Source: a virus (lineage: Duplodnaviria > Caudoviricetes). From it: a stretch of DNA of 64,000 nucleotides. The DNA lies in the IMG/VR virus record IMGVR_UViG_3300037067_027602, positions 92,498 to 156,497 of that record; one strand, given 5' to 3'. Position 1 is the stretch's first letter. Each line of letters begins with the position of its first letter. The notes beneath the pieces are model-generated. The model saw nothing but the letters and a program-made list of their open reading frames with translations. It was not told the origin of the DNA and did no database searches. The translations under genes and the position numbers were made by a program. Positions 18,887 through 27,532 of this stretch are shown here, one piece after another.

Positions 18887-19623
18887 TTCCCTTTCGTCAA
18901 TCGGTTTTGCTCATACCTCGCCTTCGACTGCCCATGCGCCGGGATACAAACGTCCTTCGCCTCCCGGTTCATGCCGCAGCAGAGGCCGCACTCGAAGCAC
19001 AACTTGCCCTTCGTGATGTTGGGGCACATCACCTCCTCACCGACGTCGGGGCTCTCCTCCCCGCAAAGAATACGGAAAGTCCGCCATCCCAAAGCTTTGG
19101 CCTCCTCCCTCTCCGCCTCCGTGTCGCAGCTGGCCATGAGCCACCCCGCCAGATCCGGACGCTCCCTCCAGCGGCGGGTGTAGCCGGTCCAAGAGCCGGA
19201 GATGGCCATGATAGGCTCCAGGACGGCGTTGGGAAGGGCTCCCGGATCCCCGTATGCCCCGACCCTAACCCTCTTTCCTTTGAGGCTGGAGAGACATTCC
19301 AGGGGGGAGGGCGAGGGGTAGCCTTCCGCCATCAACTTCCTGCCGATGCCCTGCACCGACTTGGCGACATTGACGTAGCAAGTCCTGACGCCGTTGCCAG
19401 GCCCGCCCCTGTGGGGGCAGGAGCCGCAGACGGAGTCATGGGAGCCGTCCTTGATGGCGTCCATGGGCAATTTACCGTCGACCATGACGAAGATCTGCAC
19501 CATGGGGCCGGTCTTGGCGTTCTGGCTCGGCCTACCGACGCCCGTGGCGACGCAGACGATGGGCTTACCGTCGATCTCCGACGCCCCCCTCCAAAGTATG
19601 AATGAATCCAATTTTTTACGCAT
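18883..19623 (-). CDS. Cys-rich phage protein (gp88-like / radical-SAM-related)
   Basis: SQNAKTGPMVQ, CGSCPH...CY, VRVGAYGD and CP...CFECGLC...IPAHG motifs. Confidence 0.55.
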   Translation of the reverse strand: MRKKLDSFILWRGASEIDGKPIVCVATGVGRPSQNAKTGPMVQIFVMVDGKLPMDAIKDGSHDSVCGSCPHRGGPGNGVRTCYVNVAKSVQGIGRKLMAEGYPSPSPLECLSSLKGKRVRVGAYGDPGALPNAVLEPIMAISGSWTGYTRRWRERPDLAGWLMASCDTEAEREEAKALGWRTFRILCGEESPDVGEEVMCPNITKGKLCFECGLCCGMNREAKDVCIPAHGQSKARYEQNRLTKGK

Positions 19624-19846
19624 TCCGCTTTTCCTTCCTTTTCAATACCATGACGACGCCGGGCTCCGTCCCGGAACCGTTGGCGTAATGCACGGTGGCC
19701 TTCCCGAGGCCATATCTGATGTCCGCCCCCTTCAGGGGGATGTAGATCCCGCCCAGGGGCATCCGCCCGGGCGGGAACAGCTCGTCGATGACGGAGCACG
19801 CCTCGTCGGTGCCCTCCGGCATCTCAGCCTCCTCGACGGGCCTCAT
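19616..19846 (-). CDS. Hypothetical protein
   Basis: Overlapping start/stop codons with both neighbours. Confidence 0.5.
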   Translation of the reverse strand: MRPVEEAEMPEGTDEACSVIDELFPPGRMPLGGIYIPLKGADIRYGLGKATVHYANGSGTEPGVVMVLKRKEKRNA

Positions 19847-20181
19847 CCCCTCGCCCCCGCCGGCCGGAGGTCGGGTACAGCGTGGAGCGTGCCCCTCACG
19901 ATCCTCGACAGCCTGAACTGCCTCCAGCGCTTCGCCTTCTTGGGGCGTTTCCTGAGATAGGAGGACTTCGGCTCCAGCTTGGTGAGGATGTCCCTCTCCG
20001 CCTCCAGGGCGGCGTCCCTGCCCTCCACCAGGACCGAGCCGTCCTTGGCGCGCTTCATGTGGAAGTCCGTGAGCAGGACGGCCTGCGCCAGGAGCCCGCG
20101 CTCGCTAGACGGCGTCTCCGCCACGAAGCAGACCCCGACCCCGATCCTCGCGTAATGCCTCAACAATCTTTCCCTGGTCAT
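19843..20181 (-). CDS. WYL-like domain protein
   Basis: LVEGRD...WRQFRLSRI matches the R.FRLDRI hallmark of WYL/SH3-barrel domains. Confidence 0.5.
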   Translation of the reverse strand: MTRERLLRHYARIGVGVCFVAETPSSERGLLAQAVLLTDFHMKRAKDGSVLVEGRDAALEAERDILTKLEPKSSYLRKRPKKAKRWRQFRLSRIVRGTLHAVPDLRPAGARG

Positions 20182-20194
20182 CTCAACATCCCTT

Positions 20195-21244
20195 TCAGCC
20201 TATGATCCGGTATCCCGGATCGACATCGTAACCCTCCCCGGCCAGGTGAGCCCTGCCGGCGTCCGTGATGACCCTGCCCTGGGCCGTCCTCATAATGAAC
20301 CCGAGCCTCGTCAGCCAGGGCTCCACCACCGTGTCCACCGTGCGCTTGTCGGCGTCCACGGCGCGGCAGGCGGCGTCCAGCCCGACCGGGCGCTCCGACC
20401 TGTGCAGGAAACGGAGATAGGCCTGGTCCTGGCGGGTCAGCCCGCGCCTGTCGACCCCCTCCAAGGAGAACATCTTCTCCACCGCCACGGAGTTGGCCGT
20501 CTTCCCGCACCCGTCCGGCCTCGCCACCGCCATGATCCTCGCCAAGGCCGGCAGGAAAGTGGCCACGGCCAGCCGCGGCACGCCCCTGCTCCTGGCCGCC
20601 AGCATGGCGGGGACGCCGTCCGCCAGGGGTATGCCCATCTCCCTGGCGGCGTTGGAGACGATGGTCTCCATGTCGGCGTCGGAGTAGGCCTCGAACGTCA
20701 GCTTCTCCTGGAAGCGGTCGAGGAACGGCTTCGGGATCGACCCGGCGTAGTTCGTCGCCGCCACCATCGTGAAGTGCGGGAGCTTCACCGTCACCGTCTT
20801 GCTGCCGCCGTATGGGTTCATCTTCCTCATCGTGAGGACCCGGGACTCCAGGGCCGTGTGGAGCTGCTCCATCACGCCTTTGTCGAGCCTCTCGACCTCG
20901 TCAAGGAAGACTATGGGGAAACCGCAGCTCATCACCCCGGGCAGCCTCTCCATGTCGTCCCCATAGGCCTTGGCCGTGAGGGGGGCCATCCATTTGGCCA
21001 TGTCCTCCATGAACTTGCAGGTCTTTATCGACGCCGCGTTGTAGGGAAAAAAACGGTTCTCCGTGGAATTGGACAATATCCTCGCCAGCGTGGTTTTCCC
21101 CAGCCCCGGCGGGCCGTCCATCAAAATGTGCGGCATGGGCGAGTCCATCAGAAGCGACGCCTTGATTATCAGCGACACCTTCTCCTTGAAATGGGACTGC
21201 CCGACGAACCCGTCAAGAGTTTGCGGCCTGTAGGCTTCCATCAA
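20195..21244 (-). CDS. ruvB: RuvB-like AAA+ ATPase
   Basis: RPQTLDGFVGQ, GPPGLGKTTLA, FLDEVERL, FTMVAAT, DRF, SRGVPR, VVEPWL...MRTAQGR; full-length RuvB architecture. Confidence 0.9.
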   Translation of the reverse strand: MMEAYRPQTLDGFVGQSHFKEKVSLIIKASLLMDSPMPHILMDGPPGLGKTTLARILSNSTENRFFPYNAASIKTCKFMEDMAKWMAPLTAKAYGDDMERLPGVMSCGFPIVFLDEVERLDKGVMEQLHTALESRVLTMRKMNPYGGSKTVTVKLPHFTMVAATNYAGSIPKPFLDRFQEKLTFEAYSDADMETIVSNAAREMGIPLADGVPAMLAARSRGVPRLAVATFLPALARIMAVARPDGCGKTANSVAVEKMFSLEGVDRRGLTRQDQAYLRFLHRSERPVGLDAACRAVDADKRTVDTVVEPWLTRLGFIMRTAQGRVITDAGRAHLAGEGYDVDPGYRIIG

Positions 21245-21947
21245 ACACCTCTTTTCCTTTTTTGTTTCTGCCGTCCGGGGGGAAGTGGTACATCCACTGG
21301 TGCCCCATCGCTGCTATCCTGTCCATCACCTCGTCCGCCGTCCCCCCGCCCACCACCTCTAGGTGGCGCCTGGCGAGGATATGGAGGAACTGGTGGCCTT
21401 TCCTGGGGGAAACCGACGCCTTCGACCCGGCCATCACCAGCCGGATCACGCCTTTCCCCCCGCCGATGTCGGCCATGAACTCGTCATGGCAATCCCCGCC
21501 GGCCCCGTGGAGGAAGTACTCCCTCAGGTGCCAGATCTCGTGGAAGGCCATGTACTCCGGCGGGAACTGCTGCCCCCCGGAAAACCAGGAGTCGCCGGCC
21601 ACCAAGAATTTCCTCCACCCCCGGGAGAGGGACCCGGAGGTCATCCCGAAAGAGGAGAACAGGCACAACGCCCTGGGGTTGGCCCTCGTCCACGAGGCCA
21701 CTTTCTCCGCCATGGCGGGGATGGAGACGTCGAAAGTCGCCAGCAAGGCGGACTCCGCCGTGCGGTGGACCTCCACAAGGGGCGCCGCTAGGGTCTCATC
21801 GAGGGTCATCGCCCTGGACACGGGCCTCAGAGCCTTCGTCCATAGCTTCCTCGCCCTCCTGGACACCCCCTCGGCCACGAGCATCCTCATGGGGGAGCCC
21901 TCCATGGGCGGTGGCAGCTCCACTTCGTCAAATTTCAGGTCATCCAC
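21213..21947 (-). CDS. Hypothetical protein with HEXXH metallopeptidase-like motif
   Basis: AFHEIWHL...DEFMAD; overlaps both the RT and RuvB genes. Confidence 0.55.
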   Translation of the reverse strand: MDDLKFDEVELPPPMEGSPMRMLVAEGVSRRARKLWTKALRPVSRAMTLDETLAAPLVEVHRTAESALLATFDVSIPAMAEKVASWTRANPRALCLFSSFGMTSGSLSRGWRKFLVAGDSWFSGGQQFPPEYMAFHEIWHLREYFLHGAGGDCHDEFMADIGGGKGVIRLVMAGSKASVSPRKGHQFLHILARRHLEVVGGGTADEVMDRIAAMGHQWMYHFPPDGRNKKGKEVFDGSLQAANS

Positions 21948-23094
21948 GGCGCGCCTCCTTCAACTCCGCGAGTTTTCGTTTGAACCACGACCCCTGGGCC
22001 TTGTCGGCCCCGTCGATGTAGGCGACCTCCCCGGACAGCTTCATCATGTCCCCGCCACCTTTGGTGATGGCGTTGTGGAGGGCGGCCCTGATTTTGCGCC
22101 TCCGCCACTTCGGGACGGTCGCCCGCCCCTTCTCCACCACGCTCAGCCCGACGACCCGCTGGGCGCCGCCCCTGGCCATGACGGTGGTCTTCTTGCGGTT
22201 GACCACCAGACCGTGCCGTGAGGCCAGCCCCCCCGCCACGCCCATCAGCTTGCCGCATTCCTTCCAGTCCCATGACATCGTGATGTCGTCGGCGTACCTG
22301 GTGTAGGACGCGTCCAGCCTAATCGCAGCCCTGGACAGATTCTCGTCGAAGGCGTACATGGCGAGGTTGGAGAGGGCCGGGCTCGCCGGGCTCCCCTGAG
22401 GCAGCCGGCCGTCGAGGAGGCAGAGCTCCAGCGCGGCGCCGATCCATTTGACGTTGGAGGCGTCGACGCAGCGCCAAAGGCCGCGCCACACCATCCTCCT
22501 GGAGACTGACGGGAAGAAATCCTTGAGGTCCATCTTGACGACCGTCCTTTTCCCGGCGTGGGGGACGGCGCAAGTCCTCGTCGACCTCCCGGGAACGAAG
22601 CCGTGGGCCGCCTCGTGGGGGATGGACTTATGGTAGACTACCATGTCGAGGAACTTCCTCTGGAACTCCGCCAGCGGCTTGCACGGGGCCTCGACCGTCC
22701 GCCTGCCGCCGGACTTCTTGGGGATGGTGAATACCCTGTACGCTTTCCTTCCCGACTCCAGCAGGGATCCGAGAACAAGCGGGCACATGTCGAACGCCCT
22801 GGCCAGGGAATTCAGGTCGTGCGGGCGGGACACTTTCACCAGGCATGCCTCCGGCGGCAAGTCCATGTCGTAGTCCAGAACGCCGGCCAGCCCCAGGCGA
22901 ATCAACTCGGCGTAGCCGCGGTTCGGGATCATCATCCCGCCGGGGAGGCCGGACAGGATCTCCCCCATCCCATGGCCGCCGGCCGGGGCGGGATCCGAGG
23001 GGCAAGCCCCCATGAACAAGTGGATGTAATCCTCCACGAAACCTAGCTCCCTCATCAACGCCGCCCTGGCCCTGTCATCAGTTCTTGAACTCAT
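21940..23094 (-). CDS. Retron-type reverse transcriptase
   Basis: IPKKSGGRR.VEAP, AHGF, CAVPH (retron NAxxH position), KMDLKDFFPSV, LPQGSPASPALSN, YTRYADDITMS, QRVVGLSV (retron VTG position). No maturase or HNH domain. Confidence 0.9.
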   Translation of the reverse strand: MSSRTDDRARAALMRELGFVEDYIHLFMGACPSDPAPAGGHGMGEILSGLPGGMMIPNRGYAELIRLGLAGVLDYDMDLPPEACLVKVSRPHDLNSLARAFDMCPLVLGSLLESGRKAYRVFTIPKKSGGRRTVEAPCKPLAEFQRKFLDMVVYHKSIPHEAAHGFVPGRSTRTCAVPHAGKRTVVKMDLKDFFPSVSRRMVWRGLWRCVDASNVKWIGAALELCLLDGRLPQGSPASPALSNLAMYAFDENLSRAAIRLDASYTRYADDITMSWDWKECGKLMGVAGGLASRHGLVVNRKKTTVMARGGAQRVVGLSVVEKGRATVPKWRRRKIRAALHNAITKGGGDMMKLSGEVAYIDGADKAQGSWFKRKLAELKEARRG

Positions 23095-23422
23095 CCAGCA
23101 CCTCCTCGACGCTCATTCCGACGAAATACTTGTCAAGCAGCCCGGGCACGTCCACGAACTCCAGCCCCGCCTCCCTGGCGAGCCTGTCCAGCTCCTTGTC
23201 CGGATTGTCCGCCCATTCCGGCGGGAGCGTCCCGCCGTCGGGGAGCTTCCTCGTCCGCCGCTCGTTCGACTCCTGCATCAGGCGGAACTTCAACCGCGTC
23301 GAATACTCCCTCCAATTCTCGCCCGGCAACGGCGGCACCCGTCTGAACCAGAACCTGTCCCCGCCGGGGAGCACCCTGACGGCGTAATCCGCCGGACGGC
23401 CGCCGGCGGACGTCACCGACAC
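23078..23422 (-). CDS. Hypothetical protein immediately upstream of the RT
   Basis: Overlaps the RT start. Its own start is ambiguous: the GGAGGAG-preceded ATG is in the frame of 23133..23648. Confidence 0.5.
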   Translation of the reverse strand: MSVTSAGGRPADYAVRVLPGGDRFWFRRVPPLPGENWREYSTRLKFRLMQESNERRTRKLPDGGTLPPEWADNPDKELDRLAREAGLEFVDVPGLLDKYFVGMSVEEVLDEFKN

Positions 23423-23644
23423 CCATGCAGGAACGGGCTCCTCCGCTAGTGTAGCCCAAAGCTTGTCGGAGAGTCCAGAATCCGCAATATGATCCCTTCC
23501 CGGGCTGGTATATCTTCGCCATAGCGAATTCCCGGGGAACGTTACTGTCGTCCGTGGCGACCGCCACGATGACTCTGGTTAAATTCTTCCTATTGATGTT
23601 TTTGGGATCGACCCTCCCATATTTCCCGTTCCAAGTAGCTTTCA

Positions 23645-24139
23645 TCAAACAGCCCTCCTTTCTTCAAATTCCAGTTTCCTCGCGTCCAGGCAGAACATGT
23701 CCTGGCAGACGTAGCCTTTCTCCTCGAAATACAGGAACGAGGGAGGGGTGTTCCCCTTGAACTCGTTCCTGAAACCCTCCAGGCACGGCCCTTTGAACAG
23801 GGGATAGCCGCCGTAGGCCCTGGAGAAAGGGTAGCCGTCCATCGCCCAGCCCGTGCCGTCCAGACGGACGACCTCGAAGCCCTCGACCGTTTGGAGCTTC
23901 TCCGCGAAGTAGGACGCCTCGACGCCCCAACGGTTGACGATCTCGACCGCTTCGTCGACCTTGGGGAGGCAAGCCTCGGAGATGTCCATGAAAAAGTTGG
24001 GGGCGACGGGGCACAACCCCTCGTCCAGCATGGACTCCCGGTCGTAATAGGCCATGCGGTTCCACGCGAAGCCGCCGCAATCCATGTCGGGGCGGGCCCT
24101 CGCCAGCCTGTCGTTGTAGTAGTGTTTGAAGAAACGCAT
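23645..24139 (-). CDS. Hypothetical protein
   Basis: 164 aa, coupled to neighbours. Confidence 0.55.
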   Translation of the reverse strand: MRFFKHYYNDRLARARPDMDCGGFAWNRMAYYDRESMLDEGLCPVAPNFFMDISEACLPKVDEAVEIVNRWGVEASYFAEKLQTVEGFEVVRLDGTGWAMDGYPFSRAYGGYPLFKGPCLEGFRNEFKGNTPPSFLYFEEKGYVCQDMFCLDARKLEFEERRAV

Positions 24140-24142
24140 GGC

Positions 24143-25219
24143 CTAGCCTTTCCTTATTTTTTCGAGGATAATCTTAATCGCGTCAATATAGACGCCAGCG
24201 TCCTCCAACGGGTTGTGGTTGCCACCGGACGCGAAGAATTCCCCGCCCCAAGAAATCATGGCGTCCGGGGTCAACCCGCAGGAGACGTAGCTAGGGTAGA
24301 GGACGACCCCTTTCCCCTGTCCCCAATGCTGCAGGTCCGCGCCCTCATGCTGGCGGTCCTTCTCCGATATGCAAGGGCGTCCACCCTCGCCTTTCCCCCA
24401 AATAGGCGAGTCGAGGGGAGGGGCTTCCTTTTGTAGCTCCCCCGCCAGCCGCATCAACTCCCCGGCCTTCTCCGGGGTGAGATCGTAAACAGGCATGATC
24501 GACTTCCTTTTCCTCGCGTTTTTGCGGAGCTGCCCAACTAGCTTTTTGGAGACGGTGACGATCTCTTTCCATGGAAGGCCGACGGACAGGCTGGGGGTCT
24601 TCAGGATCTCCAACTCCTCCCTGGACGGGGCGTCCACCCGCATGCCGTCGACGACGATCTGCTTTGAGTAGGACGGGGACTCATCCCCGAACGAGCCGAT
24701 CGTGGCGTGGATCCCGTCGAGGTTGATCTCGTCCCCTTTGTCCGTGGGCGAGTGGAAGGCGGGCATGGATGCGTGGGAGTGGACGCTGCCCGCCACCATG
24801 GAGCCCTCCGGCATCCCTCCGATGGCGGTGCTTCTCCTTGACCATACCCCGTTCATCACCAAAATGGACGGGAGGGACAGGTCATAGCTAGCGGACGCCG
24901 GCGTCACCACCTGCCTGGGGACGACATATGACCAATCGCCGTCCTCCGTCACCCTCAAAACCACCACGCACTCGCACCCCAGGTCGCGGTGGACCTCCCT
25001 GAACAGGGACATCACGCTCCTGAGCAGCCAGCCCGGGAGGGAGATGCCGGGGCCGGGCTTGACGGAGGGCATGGCCTCGAAGCGCGGGGCGGCCGGGACG
25101 ACCGCCTCGAACAGCCTCGTCACACGCTTGACGAAAGTGCCGTTTCCGGCCACCAGGGGAACGCCGGCCGGGGCGGCGTCCAAAGCCGCCTGGTCGGGGA
25201 TGTAAATAGGCTCCCGCAT
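24143..25219 (-). CDS. JAB/MPN+ metallopeptidase (prokaryotic deubiquitinase-like)
   Basis: ECVVVL, VVPRQVVT, GSVHSHASMPAFHSPTDKGDE (HxH..S..D), GIHATIG. Confidence 0.85.
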   Translation of the reverse strand: MREPIYIPDQAALDAAPAGVPLVAGNGTFVKRVTRLFEAVVPAAPRFEAMPSVKPGPGISLPGWLLRSVMSLFREVHRDLGCECVVVLRVTEDGDWSYVVPRQVVTPASASYDLSLPSILVMNGVWSRRSTAIGGMPEGSMVAGSVHSHASMPAFHSPTDKGDEINLDGIHATIGSFGDESPSYSKQIVVDGMRVDAPSREELEILKTPSLSVGLPWKEIVTVSKKLVGQLRKNARKRKSIMPVYDLTPEKAGELMRLAGELQKEAPPLDSPIWGKGEGGRPCISEKDRQHEGADLQHWGQGKGVVLYPSYVSCGLTPDAMISWGGEFFASGGNHNPLEDAGVYIDAIKIILEKIRKG

Positions 25220-25249
25220 TTGGGGCCTCCTGTTTTAAAGGGGTGGAGA

Positions 25250-25819
25250 TTAGAGGGAGACGCACCGCGGCTCGTTGGCGGCCGTGGCCGGTTTGCCGAA
25301 CTTCTGGGGGTACTTGGCCACGAGCCCGGCGAAGGACGCCAGGCGCTCGTACTTGACGCCAAGGGCGAACAAGGGGTTGGCGGCCGAGGCTTTCTCCCAC
25401 TCGGCCAGGTCTTTCATCCTGGGGTCTAGCCCGGTCTTGCTGAGGTCGTTGTTGAAGGCGGACTCAAGGAACCTGCCGGGGATCAGCCCGGCGGACTCCC
25501 ACACCTTCTCGCTCAGCTTCCCCCGGGACTCGACCTGCCCGAAGCAGATCCTGCCGTCGTGATGGACGTTCGGGAGCGGCGGGAGGAAGAGATCGTCGGC
25601 CCCGGACTCCAGGGGCTCGACCGTGCATGTGACATGGACGGGGTCCAAGACCCCGCTTTCCCCGACGGGGACGAAGAACTGGAGAAAGGGGAAAGACAGT
25701 TTGAACCGCCGCGCCCCTTGCGTTATGACCACGTTCCTCGGCCTCCGCTCGATGACGAAGAGGACCGCGCCGCCCCCCTCAAGGGAGAAGGCGCAGTCGA
25801 CGGGCAGCCGATCGAACAC
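25250..25819 (-). CDS. Prokaryotic E2-like conjugating protein (family D type)
   Basis: LSFPFLQF, LPPLPNVHHDGRICFG (candidate catalytic Cys), FLESAFNNDL. Confidence 0.75.
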   Translation of the reverse strand: MFDRLPVDCAFSLEGGGAVLFVIERRPRNVVITQGARRFKLSFPFLQFFVPVGESGVLDPVHVTCTVEPLESGADDLFLPPLPNVHHDGRICFGQVESRGKLSEKVWESAGLIPGRFLESAFNNDLSKTGLDPRMKDLAEWEKASAANPLFALGVKYERLASFAGLVAKYPQKFGKPATAANEPRCVSL

Positions 25820-25822
25820 GGC

Positions 25823-26209
25823 TCAGCCCTTGACGCCGGAGACCTTGACGAACTCCAGGAGATCGCCGCCCTTGAGGATGTAGTCCTCCCCCACTTGCAT
25901 GGGCTCCATGCCCAGGCTTGGGTTGGAGACCATCGTCACCTCGCCACCGTAGCAGCCGACGGACTCGCGGACGGCGGGGTCGTTGGCCAGGGAGGAGACC
26001 GTCCTACCGACAAGCCCGTTGTCCTTGAGCTTGTTGGTCGCGCATTGGACGGTGGCCCACTCCGGCTCGGGGCCGGCGGCGACCTCCGGGCGCGCCAAGC
26101 GGGCGGACTCCGCCGCGCGCACCGCGTCCATGATGCTTTCGACCCTCTCACGCTCCTCGTTCTCGTCCTGCTCGTGCCCCAGATACAGATCCTGTTCCTC
26201 GCTCATCAT
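25823..26209 (-). CDS. Ubiquitin-like (beta-grasp) protein with acidic N-terminal extension
   Basis: C-terminal DYILKGGDLLEFVKVSGVKG ends in Gly; directly upstream of E2 and JAB. Start placed at 26209 after an AAAAGGGA RBS. Confidence 0.7.
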   Translation of the reverse strand: MMSEEQDLYLGHEQDENEERERVESIMDAVRAAESARLARPEVAAGPEPEWATVQCATNKLKDNGLVGRTVSSLANDPAVRESVGCYGGEVTMVSNPSLGMEPMQVGEDYILKGGDLLEFVKVSGVKG

Positions 26210-26253
26210 CGTTCCCTTTTCCTTTTTCGCCGGCGGAACCATTCCGCCGGCCC

Positions 26254-26487
26254 TCAAACCTTTTTCCCGACGACCACGTCGGCCGCGGGAAAGTGCCTCA
26301 ACTTCAGAACTTTTCCCCGGCGCCACAACAATAGCACGCGGCGCCCGTCTTTGTCAAGCCTTGGAAGAGCGTCCGTGTACCATGTCCTCCGCCTTCCCTC
26401 CTTCGTGTACATGTCGCAATCCACACCGATGTCGAGGAACGCCTTGAACGGGTGGCGCATGGCGTCCGGGAGCTTGCCCCTAGACAT
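26254..26487 (-). CDS. Small basic hypothetical protein
   Basis: ATG overlaps the stop of 26480..27388. Confidence 0.45.
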   Translation of the reverse strand: MSRGKLPDAMRHPFKAFLDIGVDCDMYTKEGRRRTWYTDALPRLDKDGRRVLLLWRRGKVLKLRHFPAADVVVGKKV

Positions 26488-27388
26488 CGGCGGACACCAT
26501 CCCGGAGGCTTCGCGCAACATCCTTTTGTCGGACTCATGCAACCCCAACAGGAAGTTCTCCCACCAGATCCTCTGCCGCCCATGGACAAAGGGCAGGACA
26601 TCGTCCGGATCCAAGGGATAACGCTTGTCGGCCATCTCCCGCAGGACGTCTATCTCCGCGTCGCAGCCACAGACCAACCTCGCCAGCCTCTTGGAGCCAT
26701 GGCCGTCCCCGTCGAGGCTCTCCATGGCGGAATGGATTAGCATCGCGTTCTCCTCCATGAACGCGGAAACTTCCGGATTGGTGAAGTCCCGCTCCTCGAA
26801 GGCCTTGTTGGCGGCGCCCGCGATCGCCGGCCACTCCTCCGCCTTCCTGGACGGGGAGTCAATCCCCGGTTGTTTTTTCCTCATCCAGTCCCGGAAAATC
26901 CCGCCCAGGTTCGAGAGCTCCTGCGCGCCGTCGATGGCGTAGACGAAGCCCTTGTCCACGGCGGCGGGCTCCTTGGCGGGAGGCGGGACGGGGCCGCAGA
27001 CTTTCTCCATGGCGATAGGCTCTGTCTCGGCGAGGCCGCCCTTCGGGGTGACGACCGCCACGAAGAAGGTCTCCGCGAGGCAGACCGCCACCGCGGAGGC
27101 CACCGCCTCGTCGCCGTCGAAGACGACGCCGACCTCCCTGATCTCCGGGACGGGGTCGCCGTCGAGGACGGGCTCCAGGCCGAACTCCGCCGGGTCGCAG
27201 GCCTTGAGGTTGACGGTCCCTTTGGGAAGGACGACGCCCATGGACTCCAGGGAGGGGCAGGAGATCTTCGCCGCGGCGAACGCCGCCCGGGCGGAGGACA
27301 GCAGCTTCTTGACGTCGGGGGTGATCTCCACCTGGACGACGTACTCATGGTCTTCGACCAGAGAGGGAGAGACAAAATATTTACCCAT
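26480..27388 (-). CDS. Hypothetical protein, first gene downstream of the ncRNA pair
   Basis: 302 aa, with a GAAGG RBS ~30 nt after ncRNA unit B. Confidence 0.6.
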   Translation of the reverse strand: MGKYFVSPSLVEDHEYVVQVEITPDVKKLLSSARAAFAAAKISCPSLESMGVVLPKGTVNLKACDPAEFGLEPVLDGDPVPEIREVGVVFDGDEAVASAVAVCLAETFFVAVVTPKGGLAETEPIAMEKVCGPVPPPAKEPAAVDKGFVYAIDGAQELSNLGGIFRDWMRKKQPGIDSPSRKAEEWPAIAGAANKAFEERDFTNPEVSAFMEENAMLIHSAMESLDGDGHGSKRLARLVCGCDAEIDVLREMADKRYPLDPDDVLPFVHGRQRIWWENFLLGLHESDKRMLREASGMVSADV

Positions 27389-27418
27389 GATAAACCTTCG
27401 TTTTTGGGGTGGAAAGGC

Positions 27419-27520
27419 CTCCTCCGGGCACTGATCGAAGAACCTGTTCTTCGATACCCTCCAACCAGGACAACCGTCCCGGATCCAGGGCGCTCCGCCC
27501 CGTGTAGCTGCCCGGAGGAG
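27419..27520 (-). ncRNA. Putative retron-like msr/msd ncRNA, unit B (102 nt)
   Basis: Perfect 12-bp terminal inverted repeat (27419-27430/27509-27520), G right after the 5' arm, two small stem-loops, TGGAGG, then a 10-bp hairpin at 27434-27455. Confidence 0.7.
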
Positions 27521-27532
27521 ACCAAAAAAGAA

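Noticed and set aside
21940-23094. RT as a DGR or group II intron enzyme
   Set aside because: No template/variable repeat pair or Avd-like gene was seen, and there is no maturase/HNH domain or intron domain V. The motifs fit retron-type RTs.
23133-23648. 171-aa ORF overlapping 23078..23422, possible frameshift near 23425
   Set aside because: Only the first ~70 codons look coding. A frameshift cannot be distinguished from an overlapping GTG start without reads or homologues.
26328-26357. TTGACA-N18-TATTGT promoter-like match upstream of the Ubl gene
   Set aside because: It lies inside the plausible ORF 26254..26487, so it may be coincidental. If real, it would transcribe Ubl-RT separately from the ncRNAs.
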